From Amoebidium appalachense (taxonomy: Eukaryota > Protista > Ichthyosporea), in the NCBI GenBank assembly GCA_963693365.1, contig CAVNZM010000002.1, forward strand, positions 8,343,059 through 8,407,058: a stretch of DNA of 64,000 bases, read 5' to 3'. The notes under the pieces are model-generated. The model was not told where the DNA came from, did not search any database, and worked only from the letters and a program-made list of their open reading frames with translations. This document shows positions 52,798 to 64,000 of this stretch, in pieces (within the stretch, counting starts at the first letter, position 1; every line of letters begins with the position of its first letter). Both the position numbers and the translations under genes were made by a program.

Positions 52798-53974
52798 CGG
52801 TTTGGTCCGACACCTGTGGGGTTGGTTCCCACTTGTCGCTTACGGGGTCGTATGCACGACCTTCCGCCAGCGCGAACAGTTCGCAGAAGAGCTCGATTTC
52901 CATCTCGCATCGGCGTTTGCGCTCGAGCAGTTTCTCACCAGAAAACATTGGTTCCTTCGTGTCCGTGTCTATCACGCTCGTAGCATCGTTTTCCAACTTT
53001 GCGAGGAACTCTTTTGCCTTGCTGATGCGTACACGACAACGTGTGGCGCACGCATTCTTAGCAGACACTTTACGTTCTTTGTCTGCTTTCTGAATGTTTT
53101 CCGGCGCGCATGGGTCGTAGTTTGGGAGGTGGGTGAAGAAGCTTCCACACCCCTTTGTCGCGTCACGGATGAACGCACGGTTATAGTCGCCCCGTACTGC
53201 TACTTCCAGCACATCGTATCCAATGAAGGACAGACAAAGGATGCGAGAGCACCGGAAGCCGAGAGCCTTGAAGATGGACCACATGGCCCTGTGTGGGCGT
53301 CTGCCGTGCTTGACTTTGAAATACACCCTCTCGTATTTGGGTGGGATGTTGATGTTACCGTTTGCTTGGGTGTTCCCCTTAGCCGGCGGTTTGGAAGGGG
53401 AGTTGCGGCGGTACTCGTTGCCTGCAAGAATGCTGGCATATGTTTCCTTGGCAATTTGGCGGAGCTCGGGTGTTTTACGAGAGTTCGCATATTCTAGGAA
53501 CTCTGCCGGGAGCTGTGCTTCCGGTCCTGTGTTGTTTTGTGTTGGGGTGGAAATGTCTCCGTCGCGAGATGTTTGCTCATGAGTTTTGGGGTTTTGCGAT
53601 CCACTAATGTTTAGCTGGGCTGTGAGTGAATCAATGGTGAGCTTGAGTTGGGTATTTTCTGTTTGGAGTTTTTCTATCATGTTCTTGAGTGGTAACAGCT
53701 CATTTAGCTGTTTCTTAACGAGGGCAAGTTCTGCCAGTACTGTATCAACCGAAAGTTTCGGCATGGTTGTTATTGTGTTTCTACGGAGTGGTGTGGTGTT
53801 ATTCTGAATGGGTAGTGTATTGTAAATAGGTGTTGCGCTTAGTCTAAGGCGATGTTTTTCTGGTTGTGCATCTGTGGTAGGTGTATCTGCTGGACGTTTT
53901 AATGGTCGCACATGTGTGATGGGTGTAGATGGAACTTTGAAAGAGGTTCTGAAACGATTATAGGCATGTGCCAT
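52790..53974 (-). CDS. LINE ORF1, intact (394 aa, coiled-coil)
   Basis: Upstream of ORF2 and overlapping it by 8 nt (ATGCCTAA); no CCHC knuckle visible. Confidence 0.92.
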   Translation of the reverse strand: MAHAYNRFRTSFKVPSTPITHVRPLKRPADTPTTDAQPEKHRLRLSATPIYNTLPIQNNTTPLRRNTITTMPKLSVDTVLAELALVKKQLNELLPLKNMIEKLQTENTQLKLTIDSLTAQLNISGSQNPKTHEQTSRDGDISTPTQNNTGPEAQLPAEFLEYANSRKTPELRQIAKETYASILAGNEYRRNSPSKPPAKGNTQANGNINIPPKYERVYFKVKHGRRPHRAMWSIFKALGFRCSRILCLSFIGYDVLEVAVRGDYNRAFIRDATKGCGSFFTHLPNYDPCAPENIQKADKERKVSAKNACATRCRVRISKAKEFLAKLENDATSVIDTDTKEPMFSGEKLLERKRRCEMEIELFCELFALAEGRAYDPVSDKWEPTPQVSDQTDA

Positions 53975-54894
53975 GACATGGATGGGGGTGTTCCCCGGCC
54001 CTTAGGGCCACGGATGGCCTGGTTTAGGGGTGGATGCGCGAAGGATACTATTTATTAGCAGATAATAAAGAGCGACATTTGAATCGATGTGTGCGACTGA
54101 ATCGATGTGTTATCCGATTTGGCACCTTTCTTTGGGATTCACCCTAGAAGGTTAGGGGGATTTATTGTGAGCTCCACCAAAAACCATCTACAGTAGCCAA
54201 GCCATGTAAAACCTCTTCATTGGTTATCAATATATATGTTAAAACCTCTTTGATTATTTTTGGCACATATATATTGCGTTGCTGCATTTCTATACGCCAT
54301 CAAAAACTCTGTTTCCGAGCCGCGCGCGCGCGTGGCGAACGTGTGACTGCCTGGCGCTGGCTCCAGATGATAAGTATCAATTTATAGTTAAAATTATACA
54401 AATGCAGTTATTGGCTTTTAGTCACAATGGGATTTCGTCGCTATTTTTCCCGCCAAATTCTAGGGTGTGACTGAGCCATCGTTTCTTTCTTTCTTTTTTT
54501 TTTTTTTTTGCTTTATTTACGAAGCCATGCACATGCAGTTTCTGGCTCGTCTGTAGAGCACTAAATACTATCATAGCCAACGACGTGCACCAAGATCTGC
54601 AAACATCATAAATTACGACCTTTGTCTACCATTCACTCCTTTCACCATCCGTTGACCATCCTTAATCTTTAACATGCCGTGTAGGTCCCGATCTTCCATT
54701 CTGTCCTAACAGCCACCAAGCCTTGTTCAAGATTTTTCCTTGTCTTGAAATCGTGGCTATGGTACAGCCGTGCTCTGGCGGGGCAACAGCCCGTAACGCG
54801 CCAGGCCCCTTAGAAACGGTTTCGCGCTTCTGCCAACGACATAATTATCAGATGGTGCCCACTTGCGCGACTTGGTTAAGAACGGGGAGGTGTC

Positions 54895-54943
<49 letters not shown>

Positions 54944-56035
54944 ACACATACACACACACTTGCCCTCCCCTACACACCAACAACCAAAAAAAAAAAAGAA
55001 AAAGTAGAAAAGAAGAAACCGTTACAAAAGAAACAGGCACAATGACTCACACAAGGACTATGTTGCACACCATGTACCGGCACACATGAACTGCATGTCT
55101 TCCAGTTAAAAACCCCTCCCCCCCTCCCCCCTCCTCCTTATTTGCTTCGCCTTAAACCCCCCCCCCCCCCTCCCCCCCCCCCCCCCCGGCCCTCCTCCTC
55201 CTCCCCCATAAGAATGTTACAAAAATCAAAGCCACGCATCAATGACGAGTCACATATTACTACTACGGATACACTGTACAGACACAGTTACTGTATTTCG
55301 GCAAATGCAACATGTAATCACAACGCCCGGCTAACAAGTGCGGGGCTGATATCGATACTATTAAAGATGCTTTTTATCTGAACAATCATTCATGTAAAAT
55401 TACTAAACGTCCAATGATGCAGAAAAAACGGCCGTATCTGCAAATCACGGTCTCTATCTCCCCCCCCCCCCCCCCCCCCCCCCCCCCTTTCATGTCCCCT
55501 AAGGCTTCCTTACACGCACCGAACGAAAGAAACGATTTTTCACGATGTATTGATTTCGATCGTGGCATCAGACAGGGCTAAGAGAATACCGAGTACAGTT
55601 GCCATAGACACAACGAGATAGCTGAAATAAATTTGGCTTGACTAGATATCCAACGAGACCAAAATTAAAGGATTCTACCGTAAGACCGCTAAAAGCTGCC
55701 CACATGAGCTCACCTACGGGGGTCAACAACTGCCCATTTCCTAGCCAGGCGAGAGTAAATTGCATAGAAAACTGTGCCTGGTAAAAAAAACTGGTTAAAT
55801 AAAATCGATACAAGCAACACTCCTATAGTATGTCGCCCACTTCAAATACTATCATACACATGCAAATCGCTCCTGGGAAACCCCCCCCCCCCCCCCCCCC
55901 TCCCCCCCCCCCCTCTCCCCCCCCCCCCCCCCCCCTCCCCCCAAACCGGCTTATTGTAGAATGGTAGCCCCCCAACTTTAGCCCCCCCCACCCAAAAAAA
56001 AAAGATACCTAAGTATCCACACCCTGCACCCCCGC

Positions 56036-56484
56036 CCCTCCTCAACTCCTCACTTCCACACCTTCGCACCTCCGCAACTCCAACTACGCACCTCCCCACA
56101 CATATCCCTTCCCCCCTCCTCCCCCCCCTTCCCCCCCTCCCCCCCTCCCCCCCTTAAAAAAATATAAAAAAATGAATGGTAGTATCCCACGCCTACACAC
56201 CTCCGCACCTCCGCACCACACCTCCGTACCACCAGACCTCCGCACCTCCGCACCACCACACCTCCGCACCTCCGAACCCCCGTGCCTCCCGAACTCCACC
56301 TCCGCACCCTTTGTCACCCTTGTCCCCTTCCCTACCTACTCCATCCCCCCCCCCCCCCCCCCTTCCCCCCCCCCCCCAAAAAAAAAAAAAAAAAAAAGGT
56401 GAAAGAAACCATTTTAGTTGAAAACATACTATAAAAATTCATACAGACTGACCGCACACAAATACAACACATGCAGCCTCAACG

Positions 56485-56524
<40 letters not shown>

Positions 56525-56701
56525 CCCTGTCGTTAATTGTAGTACTGCAAACAACCAAAAACAAAAACAAAAAAAGCTCCAACACCTCCGCACCTCCGCA
56601 CCTCCACACCTCCGCAATTACGCGCCTCCACACCTCCGCACGACACCTCCGCACGACACCTCCGCACCACCCCACCTCCGCACCTCTGCACCTCCGCACC
56701 T

Positions 56702-56702
<1 letters not shown>
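56036..56702. repeat. Degenerate (CACCTCCG)n minisatellite in two blocks
   Basis: Many acctccgc/cacctcc units at ~56040-56306 and ~56577-56702. Confidence 0.85.
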
Positions 56703-56789
<87 letters not shown>

Positions 56790-56843
56790 TGAGTGTGAGT
56801 GTGAGTGTGAGTGTGAGTGAGTGTGAGTGTGAGTGTGAGTGTG

Positions 56844-56901
<58 letters not shown>

Positions 56902-57010
56902 AAGGTGAGTGTGAGTGAGTGAGTGAGTGAGTGAGTGAGTGAGTGAGTGAGTGAGTGTGAGTGAGTGTGAGTGAGTGTGAGTGAGTGTGTGTGTGTGTGT
57001 GCGTGTGCGC

Positions 57011-57081
<71 letters not shown>

Positions 57082-57671
57082 GTGTGCGGGTGCGTGTGCC
57101 TGCATACGTGTGCATGCGTGCGTGTGCATATGACTAGTTGGAGCAAACTAGTTTCACGCATACACGTACACTTAAGGTTTTGCCCGCTGGTGTCCTTTGT
57201 CACTTGTCGCTTTATTTTTATTTCGTAGCTTTGGCTTTTTCAGTTCTATTGGTGGTTATGTAGCCTGTGGCTGCACGTTGCATTCTTCAATGGATCAATA
57301 AACGCGAGTCAAAAGAAAAAAAGATTTTTACACTGGTGACAGCCTCATTGCACGTGTGCGGCTGGCTTCGGGGAAAGTACAGATGTTAAAAAATCTTCTT
57401 TGTAGGCACCAATACAACAAAAGAATTACATAATGGATACCTTATACCAACAATAGCAGTTTACAAATATTAAAGCATCTGTAGTGAAATTTGAAGTGGG
57501 CTTGTAAGCTGGCAAAAATGGACTTAACAGGAAAAAACACGGTTCTCCCCCTATCTAGGGTGAATGGTCTAGAAAGCGGCCAAATCGGATAACGCATATC
57601 GATATTTCAAGTATGGCAGCGGTTCCGGTTGTGGAGGGCCTCGCGGCGTTCAAGTGCAATTGGTGTAGATC

Positions 57672-57730
57672 AATTTTTGCGCAAAATTGGGTGGCGTTTG
57701 ATTGGCCAAAACTGAGAGTTGGCGCGAAAA
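57672..57730 (+). promoter_or_regulatory. HIRA upstream region with CCAAT box and E2F-type site
   Basis: TTGGCGCGAAAA at 57719-57730 (reverse complement TTTTCGCGCCAA, E2F consensus), ATTGG at 57701 and near-palindrome AATTTTTGCGCAAAATT. Confidence 0.5.
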
Positions 57731-58102
57731 GGCTCACTCTGAGCCGGAGGGCGGCCTGACATGACAGCTGCAGAGAAGCTGGGAGGTGATATCGATCATG
57801 ATGAGAGAACTTGTGAGTGTCTGTGCAAGCGGGTGCCACAAGTTATCCGGGAGCTACACAGGCCTTTCTTTTTTTCTTGCTCAGTAAGCCTTGATAGGCG
57901 GGATTTTCGAACGACGTAGACTCGACCTCTCGTCCTTTTCTCTCCCGGTTTCTCAATTACACAAACTCAATCCCAATACATACACGGACGGTTATTGGAA
58001 GACTTGTTTCACCTTAAATCCCTGTTTCCAAACTTCCGTGGCAGCACTATAGTTAGCGTTCAAAGACAACGGAAACAATTATTGGCTTATCTAGTCGGCA
58101 GG

Positions 58103-58852
58103 ATGAAGCTCGTCAAGCCCGTTTGGGTTAACCATGACCGTAATGCCCCCTTCCCCCCCCCTCCCCCCCTCCGCCCCCCCCTCCCCCCCCCCCCCTCCCC
58201 CTCCCTCCCCCCCCCCTCTCCCGCTCCATGGTGACCCAGCTCCCCCTTACCCTCCTTCCTCCTGCTGCATCTAATTGCCTTATGCGTTGCGCAACCCTCA
58301 ACCCCCCCCCCCCCCCCCCCCCCCCCCCTTTCTCGGACCCTCTTATTCTTCCTGTTTTCATTTTCTTGCCCAGAACTACCCGACGTACCCGACCCCACAT
58401 AGCTGTTTGTTTCGCTATGAGCCAAAAATAGGTGTTGGTGCGCTTCCTTTATCATATATACATGCATGCTTTCTTTTTTGCACTTGAAATCCTCCAGGTA
58501 GTTAGGCTGTGAATCGTTGCTTGTTCATCATCTACCTTTCTCTTAACACACCACCTGGAATACTCGAAGCATCCCTTGTTCTTTTTCAGTTCTAGGTGCT
58601 AGACGGTCATCTTTGCCCTGCTTTTTTTTTTTTTTTAATGATTGTTGTCTGTAGCTATGCTTGGATGGGGGGGACGTGGGCATTGGGCTAGTCAGGAGCT
58701 GTGGTTAGGGGAGGAGGGGGTGGCAGGGGGGGGGAAGGGGGGGGGGGGGGAGGGTTGAAATATGAGGGTTTGCGGTCTTGATGGGTGGTCGGTGTGGTGG
58801 TGGTAGTGGTGGTGGTGTGTAGGTGTGTGGGTGTGCGTGTGCGTGTGCGTGT

Positions 58853-58883
<31 letters not shown>

Positions 58884-59263
58884 GGGGGGGGTAAGATTGG
58901 GAGGGGTGGTGGGGAGGGGAGGGGGGAGGTTGAGCTGGATTTAGATGATAAGAGGGAGAGTAACGAACATATGGGCCGGCATTTGTGAACGAGGGAAGGG
59001 GGAGGGGGGAGGGGAGGGGGGAAGGGGGGGTCTAGATTCAGCTCACCTTATGGTGGAGTGCTTGGCGGTAGCCGAAAACCAATCAGAGCAATAGAATATG
59101 TGAAAGGAAAAAAATCGAAATCAACCTGTATCCCCCCCCCCCCCCCCCCCCCCCCCCTCGTATTCTGCATGCATGTATCTTCTTCTTCTCCTTGGTATCT
59201 TTCGTCTCTTCTTGAATTTAATGTTTGCCTGTTGTAAAGTCTGTGTCTCATACTGTTTAGCAG

Positions 59264-59305
<42 letters not shown>

Positions 59306-59685
59306 ACAAAAAAAAAAAGTAAATTAAATAGGGAATAAATCAATGGATAATAAAGAAAATAAGACAGAAAAGGAACAGAAATAAGTAGACGAATAGAAGA
59401 AAATAAGTAGGCGAATAGAAGAGAAACCAGGGGACTAAAAAAAAAAGGAAAGAAGAGAAAAGGAAAAGGAATGTACATGAAAAAAAGAGGAAGAAAAATA
59501 ATGTTAAGGAAGCAAACAAACAAATAATACGAGAACAAGAGTACAACACCATCCATGTATCTCATATTGATTATACACATATACACAGACGGGCCCATCT
59601 TCTCTGTGGACATACACCCAGATGGCGTCCGCTTCGCCACTGGGGGTCAAGGTATATTTTTACCCCCCCTCCCCCCCTCCCCCCC

Positions 59686-59734
<49 letters not shown>

Positions 59735-62202
59735 CTCCTCCTCCCCCCCCTTCCCGTCCGCCCGCAAGCCCGCCAACCTCTCCCCTATTGCCCCGGAAAT
59801 GCACACACAGCATTTCTCTGGTGCTGGACTAAGTTACTACCCTCTTTTACTTGCGCTAAGGTGATAGCCAACTATTTTTGGCAAGGAACAGGGAATTTTT
59901 TAACACGTGTAAACAGGGTGGCATGGATACAGGCCGCCTACTCCCCCCCCCCTCCCCCCTCCCCCCTTCCCTCCCCTCCTTGGGTCCCCCTTGTCCCCTC
60001 TACTTCCCGTTGGAAAGTCAGAGAGATGAGAGAGAGGCAGATGTCACACGCAAGGAAAGTCAAAAGAAATGGGAAAGGGAGGGAGCTAGAGGGAGGGGGA
60101 GACGGAAGGGGAAGTCGAGGACGATATGAGAGACAGTACGATACATAGTGCGAATACGATCCATGGTTGTCGTACAAGGGGATTGTGGGGAAGGGGAGAG
60201 GAGGGGGGACGAGAGAGAGGGAGGTGGGGAGGAAGGGAGGCAGGGAAGGGGGTGGGCAGGGAGGGGATGAGGGACCGAGACTGAGTTAGACAAGGCAGAA
60301 AGACATACACATCAAGAGACAACACAAACACACAAACACACATTTTCTTCTTGCACTAAATCCCCCTCCTTCTTACGCACACAGACAAGAAGGTGAAGAT
60401 CTGGAGCATGCTGCCTGTGCAGGACCCAGAGGTGGAGTTGGACAGCGAGGCTGACAAGATGCTCTGCACAATGACAACACACACCGGTATGTTATAAGCC
60501 CCCCGCCCCCTCCCTCCCCCCCCCCCCCCCCTCCCTCCCCTCCCCCCCCCCCCCCCCCCCCCCCCCCCCACACACACACACCCCCTCCCCCCCTCCCCCC
60601 CCTCCCCCCCCCCCCCCAAAAAAAAAAAAAAAAAAAAAGCTTCTAACCAGTATTTGAGTTGGGTTTCAACGACGAGGTGAATGGGTCGAGCTTGGGTACC
60701 GTGGATGAAGTGGGCACTTCAGAGGATGGGCTCTGCTTATCATGCATACTCTTCATGTGTGGTTTGCACTCTGCATTGTTTTAAGGGTTATAATTGTGTG
60801 CTTCGTGCTCTATAACACATTCTACAGGCGTAAGCCTCCAAAGATATAGGCGCAAGAAATTCGGGTTCAAAGCTGCACGCCTAAGAGAATGTGTGGCTGT
60901 GCATGGGATATGCACGGATTGTATACATAATCTAGCGAATAGCATGGCAAAAAGGGAGGTAATGCACGTTTCTATGAAAATGGTGAGAAATCACAATGTT
61001 ACACATTCCTAGCAAGCTGCCTGGCGTTAACACGGAATATACTCACAAATTCTAACGGAATCCATGGCCATCACGGAATAAATACGCATTTCTATATAAA
61101 AAAAATGCAGGCCAAGAACACGTATCGAATACCCATTTCTAGCAAGAGGCAGTGCACCGACACGAACTAATACACAATTCTAGGAAAATTCAGGTATTTA
61201 AACGGAATGTATACACGTTTGTGTTTAAACTTGCGCCAAGAACACGGAATGTTTACAAATTTTCCCGGTATATCCGAGTCTAAACCCACTCTGTACTGTA
61301 TTCAGGGCCCGTCAACTGTGTGCGGTGGTCTACAGACGGTTTGTATCTTGCGTCAGGGGGTGATGACAGAACCGTCTTGATCTGGGAAAAGTGTGCCCCC
61401 CCCCCCCCCCCCCCCCCCCCGTTCTTTCCTGCTGACCCACTTTCCATCTCCATTTTCCAAATACTTAATCTCAATCCTCCCCCCCCCCCCCCCCCTCGCC
61501 CCCCCCACCCCACCTCACCCCACCCCTCCCGCTTCCCCTCATTACCCGTTCTATCCACCCTGAACCCCGGGGGCTTAAACGATGCATTCAGTGCGTTCTT
61601 GCGTGTGCCCGTCTCATCATACGATAACCTGACTGTATCTGTGACGATGGTTATGGTGTTTGCACCCTTTTTTTGTCCTTTCCTTAATATTTTTCTCTCG
61701 GATAAGAAAAAGAAATCAAAAACCAGGCAGAAACAAAGCAAGACAACAGCGTCCAGCACCTCGACATAGGAGGATGCTTTCTGATTCCCTTTCTCGACTG
61801 GCACCCATCATCCCCCCCCCCCCCCCCCCCCCCCTCTCCTCCCCCCCCCCCCTCCCCCCCCCCCCTCCCCGCCCCTTCCCCCCCTCCTTTCTTCTCCCCC
61901 CCCCCCCCCCCCTCGGCTCCCACAATATCGTTCATGGAAGCTGAAGCCTTCCGGTGCAACCAAAAGCGTACAAAACACCAAATCAGACATACCCTCTTCC
62001 AGGGATGTGGTCAAACCTTGCATCACAAATGCAATCCATCCGTCCCACCACATGTTTTTTTTTTTGCTACAACGCAAGCATGCTGACCACAGGTTTGCAC
62101 GTTTACAGGAGGGAAGGGTTTGGGGCAGCAAATTTTGAAGGGGAGGCAAACATTGAGAACTGGGCTGTTATGAAGGTCCTCAGAAAACATGTGTCAGGCT
62201 AG

Positions 62203-62249
<47 letters not shown>

Positions 62250-63308
62250 TTCCTCCCCTCTTTCACCGATGAATACTCCTTGTTTTGCTCTGCATATTGT
62301 GTATCATGGTGTTTGTCGCAAATGTGTATTTTTCCTCGGAACCCAGTTTTAACCTCCTCCTTCTTCCACTGGCAGATCTGTTTTTGTTGCATTCTCACCG
62401 TGTGGTTCATGGGCTGTGCATGTACTGCACGCTGTTTCATGTTTTTGTGTCGTTAAGTTTGCGCCTACCGTGTCTATCCCCCCCCCCCCCCCCCCCCCTT
62501 CCCCCCCCTTCGCGGTCCCCCTCCTCCTCATCCCCCCCTCCCCTCCCCCCCCCCTCTCTTCCCTGGGCTTACTGCACAACTCAAGAATCAAGCAGTCACG
62601 TACGAACCCGCCTACCATTTGTGATGTCTGCACACAGGATTGTGTCACGACCTACCATATGCATTCTCACGCATGTCCCATATGGATATGCTAAAGCAAA
62701 GTATGCATGCGCACATAAACTGGGTAGTTACCCACCACGGCTCTTTTTTGATCCTGCACACCAAGTTGCCTTTGCATTTTTTCCAACACAACCATTTGCT
62801 TACCCATTCAGAACCTGCAAACATACCCACCCATCTTAAAAATTCGGCGTCGGATGTTTTTCTTTTATGCTTCACCCCACCCCTGTCCACACTTTCCCAT
62901 TCACAACATACAGATACTACAGTCATGTGTTGCTTCCTGCATAACTCTCACACAGACAACACCCACCTTTACGACTGTATCGGTATTTCTCCACGATTCC
63001 CTTACATGACTATCCCATATATGGGCAAAACAAACCATTGAAGCCAGCTTTCTTGTCTGACGTCACATTGACGTCATCTCAACGTCATGTTAACGTCACG
63101 CCGAAAAATGCCTGACATAGGCCAGAATCTCATGAACTCACATGTTTTTTCGTTTGTGCTTCTTCAACCACGCTACCACAGATACTTACCCATGCCCCAC
63201 CTACAGATGTCACCGACATAGCGTGGATGCCCGGCAACAGCGACAACACCTTTCTGGCCTCATGTTCGGTTGACAACACCGTCATTATATGGAGCTCCCC
63301 TTCATTCG
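58103..63308 (+). CDS. HIRA: HIRA/Hir1 histone H3.3 chaperone, N-terminal WD40 exons (gene continues beyond the window)
   Basis: Exons 58103-58139, 59589-59651, 60385-60486, 61306-61390, 62109-62197 and 63207-63308 splice in phase to [42 protein letters not shown]...[36 protein letters not shown]...NIENWAVMKVLRKHVSDVTDIAW...FLASCSVDNTVIIW. Confidence 0.95.
60912..61265. repeat. Degenerate ~41-bp tandem array in HIRA intron 3
   Basis: About 9 units with core cacggaat..atacaca.ttcta followed by variable ~15-20 bp. Confidence 0.65.
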
Positions 63309-64000
63309 GTTATTATCCCCCCCCCCCCCCCCCCCCCCCCCACCCACACACCTCCCCTCCTCCCCACACGCATGCACACACACACATGCCCCCAACCACC
63401 TCTCTGCTCTTCTTCGACCCCCTGCTCCGCCCCTCCAATACCCCCTTTCCTCCCATTCCCTTCATGCCCCCTCGACTTTCCACTCTATCATTCCGCCTTC
63501 TCCCCCCCTGCCCACTTCCCCTCCTTTTCACCTTCCCTTCTCCTCATATCTGCATACACTTTATGTTCAAAGTGACTTCCGCTAGGAGAAAGTCGGAGGG
63601 TTTTGGTGGATGGGGTGGAAATTATTCTGTATGGGGGCGGGTGGGTGGATGGAGGGAGGGAGAGAGGGGGGAGGGGGGAGGGTGGGAAAGGGGGGGAAGA
63701 AGTCCAGGGCAAGATCTGTGTGCGGCAACGGTCAACCTGCACACGTTTTGGCACATATAGACACTCACACGAACGCACACAGGTCGGTGTACTAACGTGC
63801 AAGGCTGAACATACTCACGTGCCACACTAAAGCTGAAAAGCCACACTCTGCACACATGCACATGCCCATGCACACAAATTAACACACATCCATCCACTCA
63901 AGAGTGATAACCACAAGGTTATTCTTACTTGTATTTCACCATCCAAAATACTAGACACATGGGGGTCACATGTATTAAGCAGAAACATACCCAAGAAGAG

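Larger units (their letters stand above)
49270..54110 (-). mobile_element. Intact APE-RT LINE, copy 2
   Basis: Reverse complement of copy 1 without the LTR insert; TSD GTTA at 49266-49269 and 54109-54112; 5' end lies within the second monomer. Confidence 0.96.

Noticed and set aside
60912-61265. CRISPR array
   Set aside because: Repeats are too degenerate, linkers too short and partly similar, the context is a eukaryotic intron, and there are no cas genes.

Overview
Eukaryotic, intron-rich genomic DNA saturated with (CA/GT)n, (GA)n and poly-C/G tracts; most short ORFs in the track are translations of these repeats. The gene set (HIRA, a syntenin-like protein, E2F sites) suggests an opisthokont, possibly a unicellular holozoan, but this is inference only. 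Host genes: the 3' six exons of a uridine-cytidine kinase (+, 829-4836), a poorly defined minus-strand gene (~7.4-10.4 kb), an intronless secreted protein of ten bacterial-type SdrD-B/Cna-B repeats (+, 34634-37894), an intronless tandem-PDZ syntenin-like gene (-, 46870-47940) and the first six exons of HIRA (+, from 58103). Mobile DNA: two apparently identical APE-RT LINEs in opposite orientation, the first interrupted by a young chromodomain Ty3/Gypsy element with a 5-bp TSD; a Tc1/mariner-like non-autonomous element containing a truncated LINE of a second family; and a 3-4 kb segment present three times. Most unusual: (1) the LINE does not end at its poly(A) but continues through a ~197-nt module ending in CCCC, and that module also occurs alone with its own TSD; (2) the LINE has an 18-bp monomer array at its 5' end; (3) weak 5' splice sites, including a GC donor, are followed almost immediately by poly-C tracts; (4) the Gypsy element has no recognisable PBS, a duplicated U5 and a possible read-through gag stop; (5) the bacterial-type adhesin carries eukaryotic expression signals.
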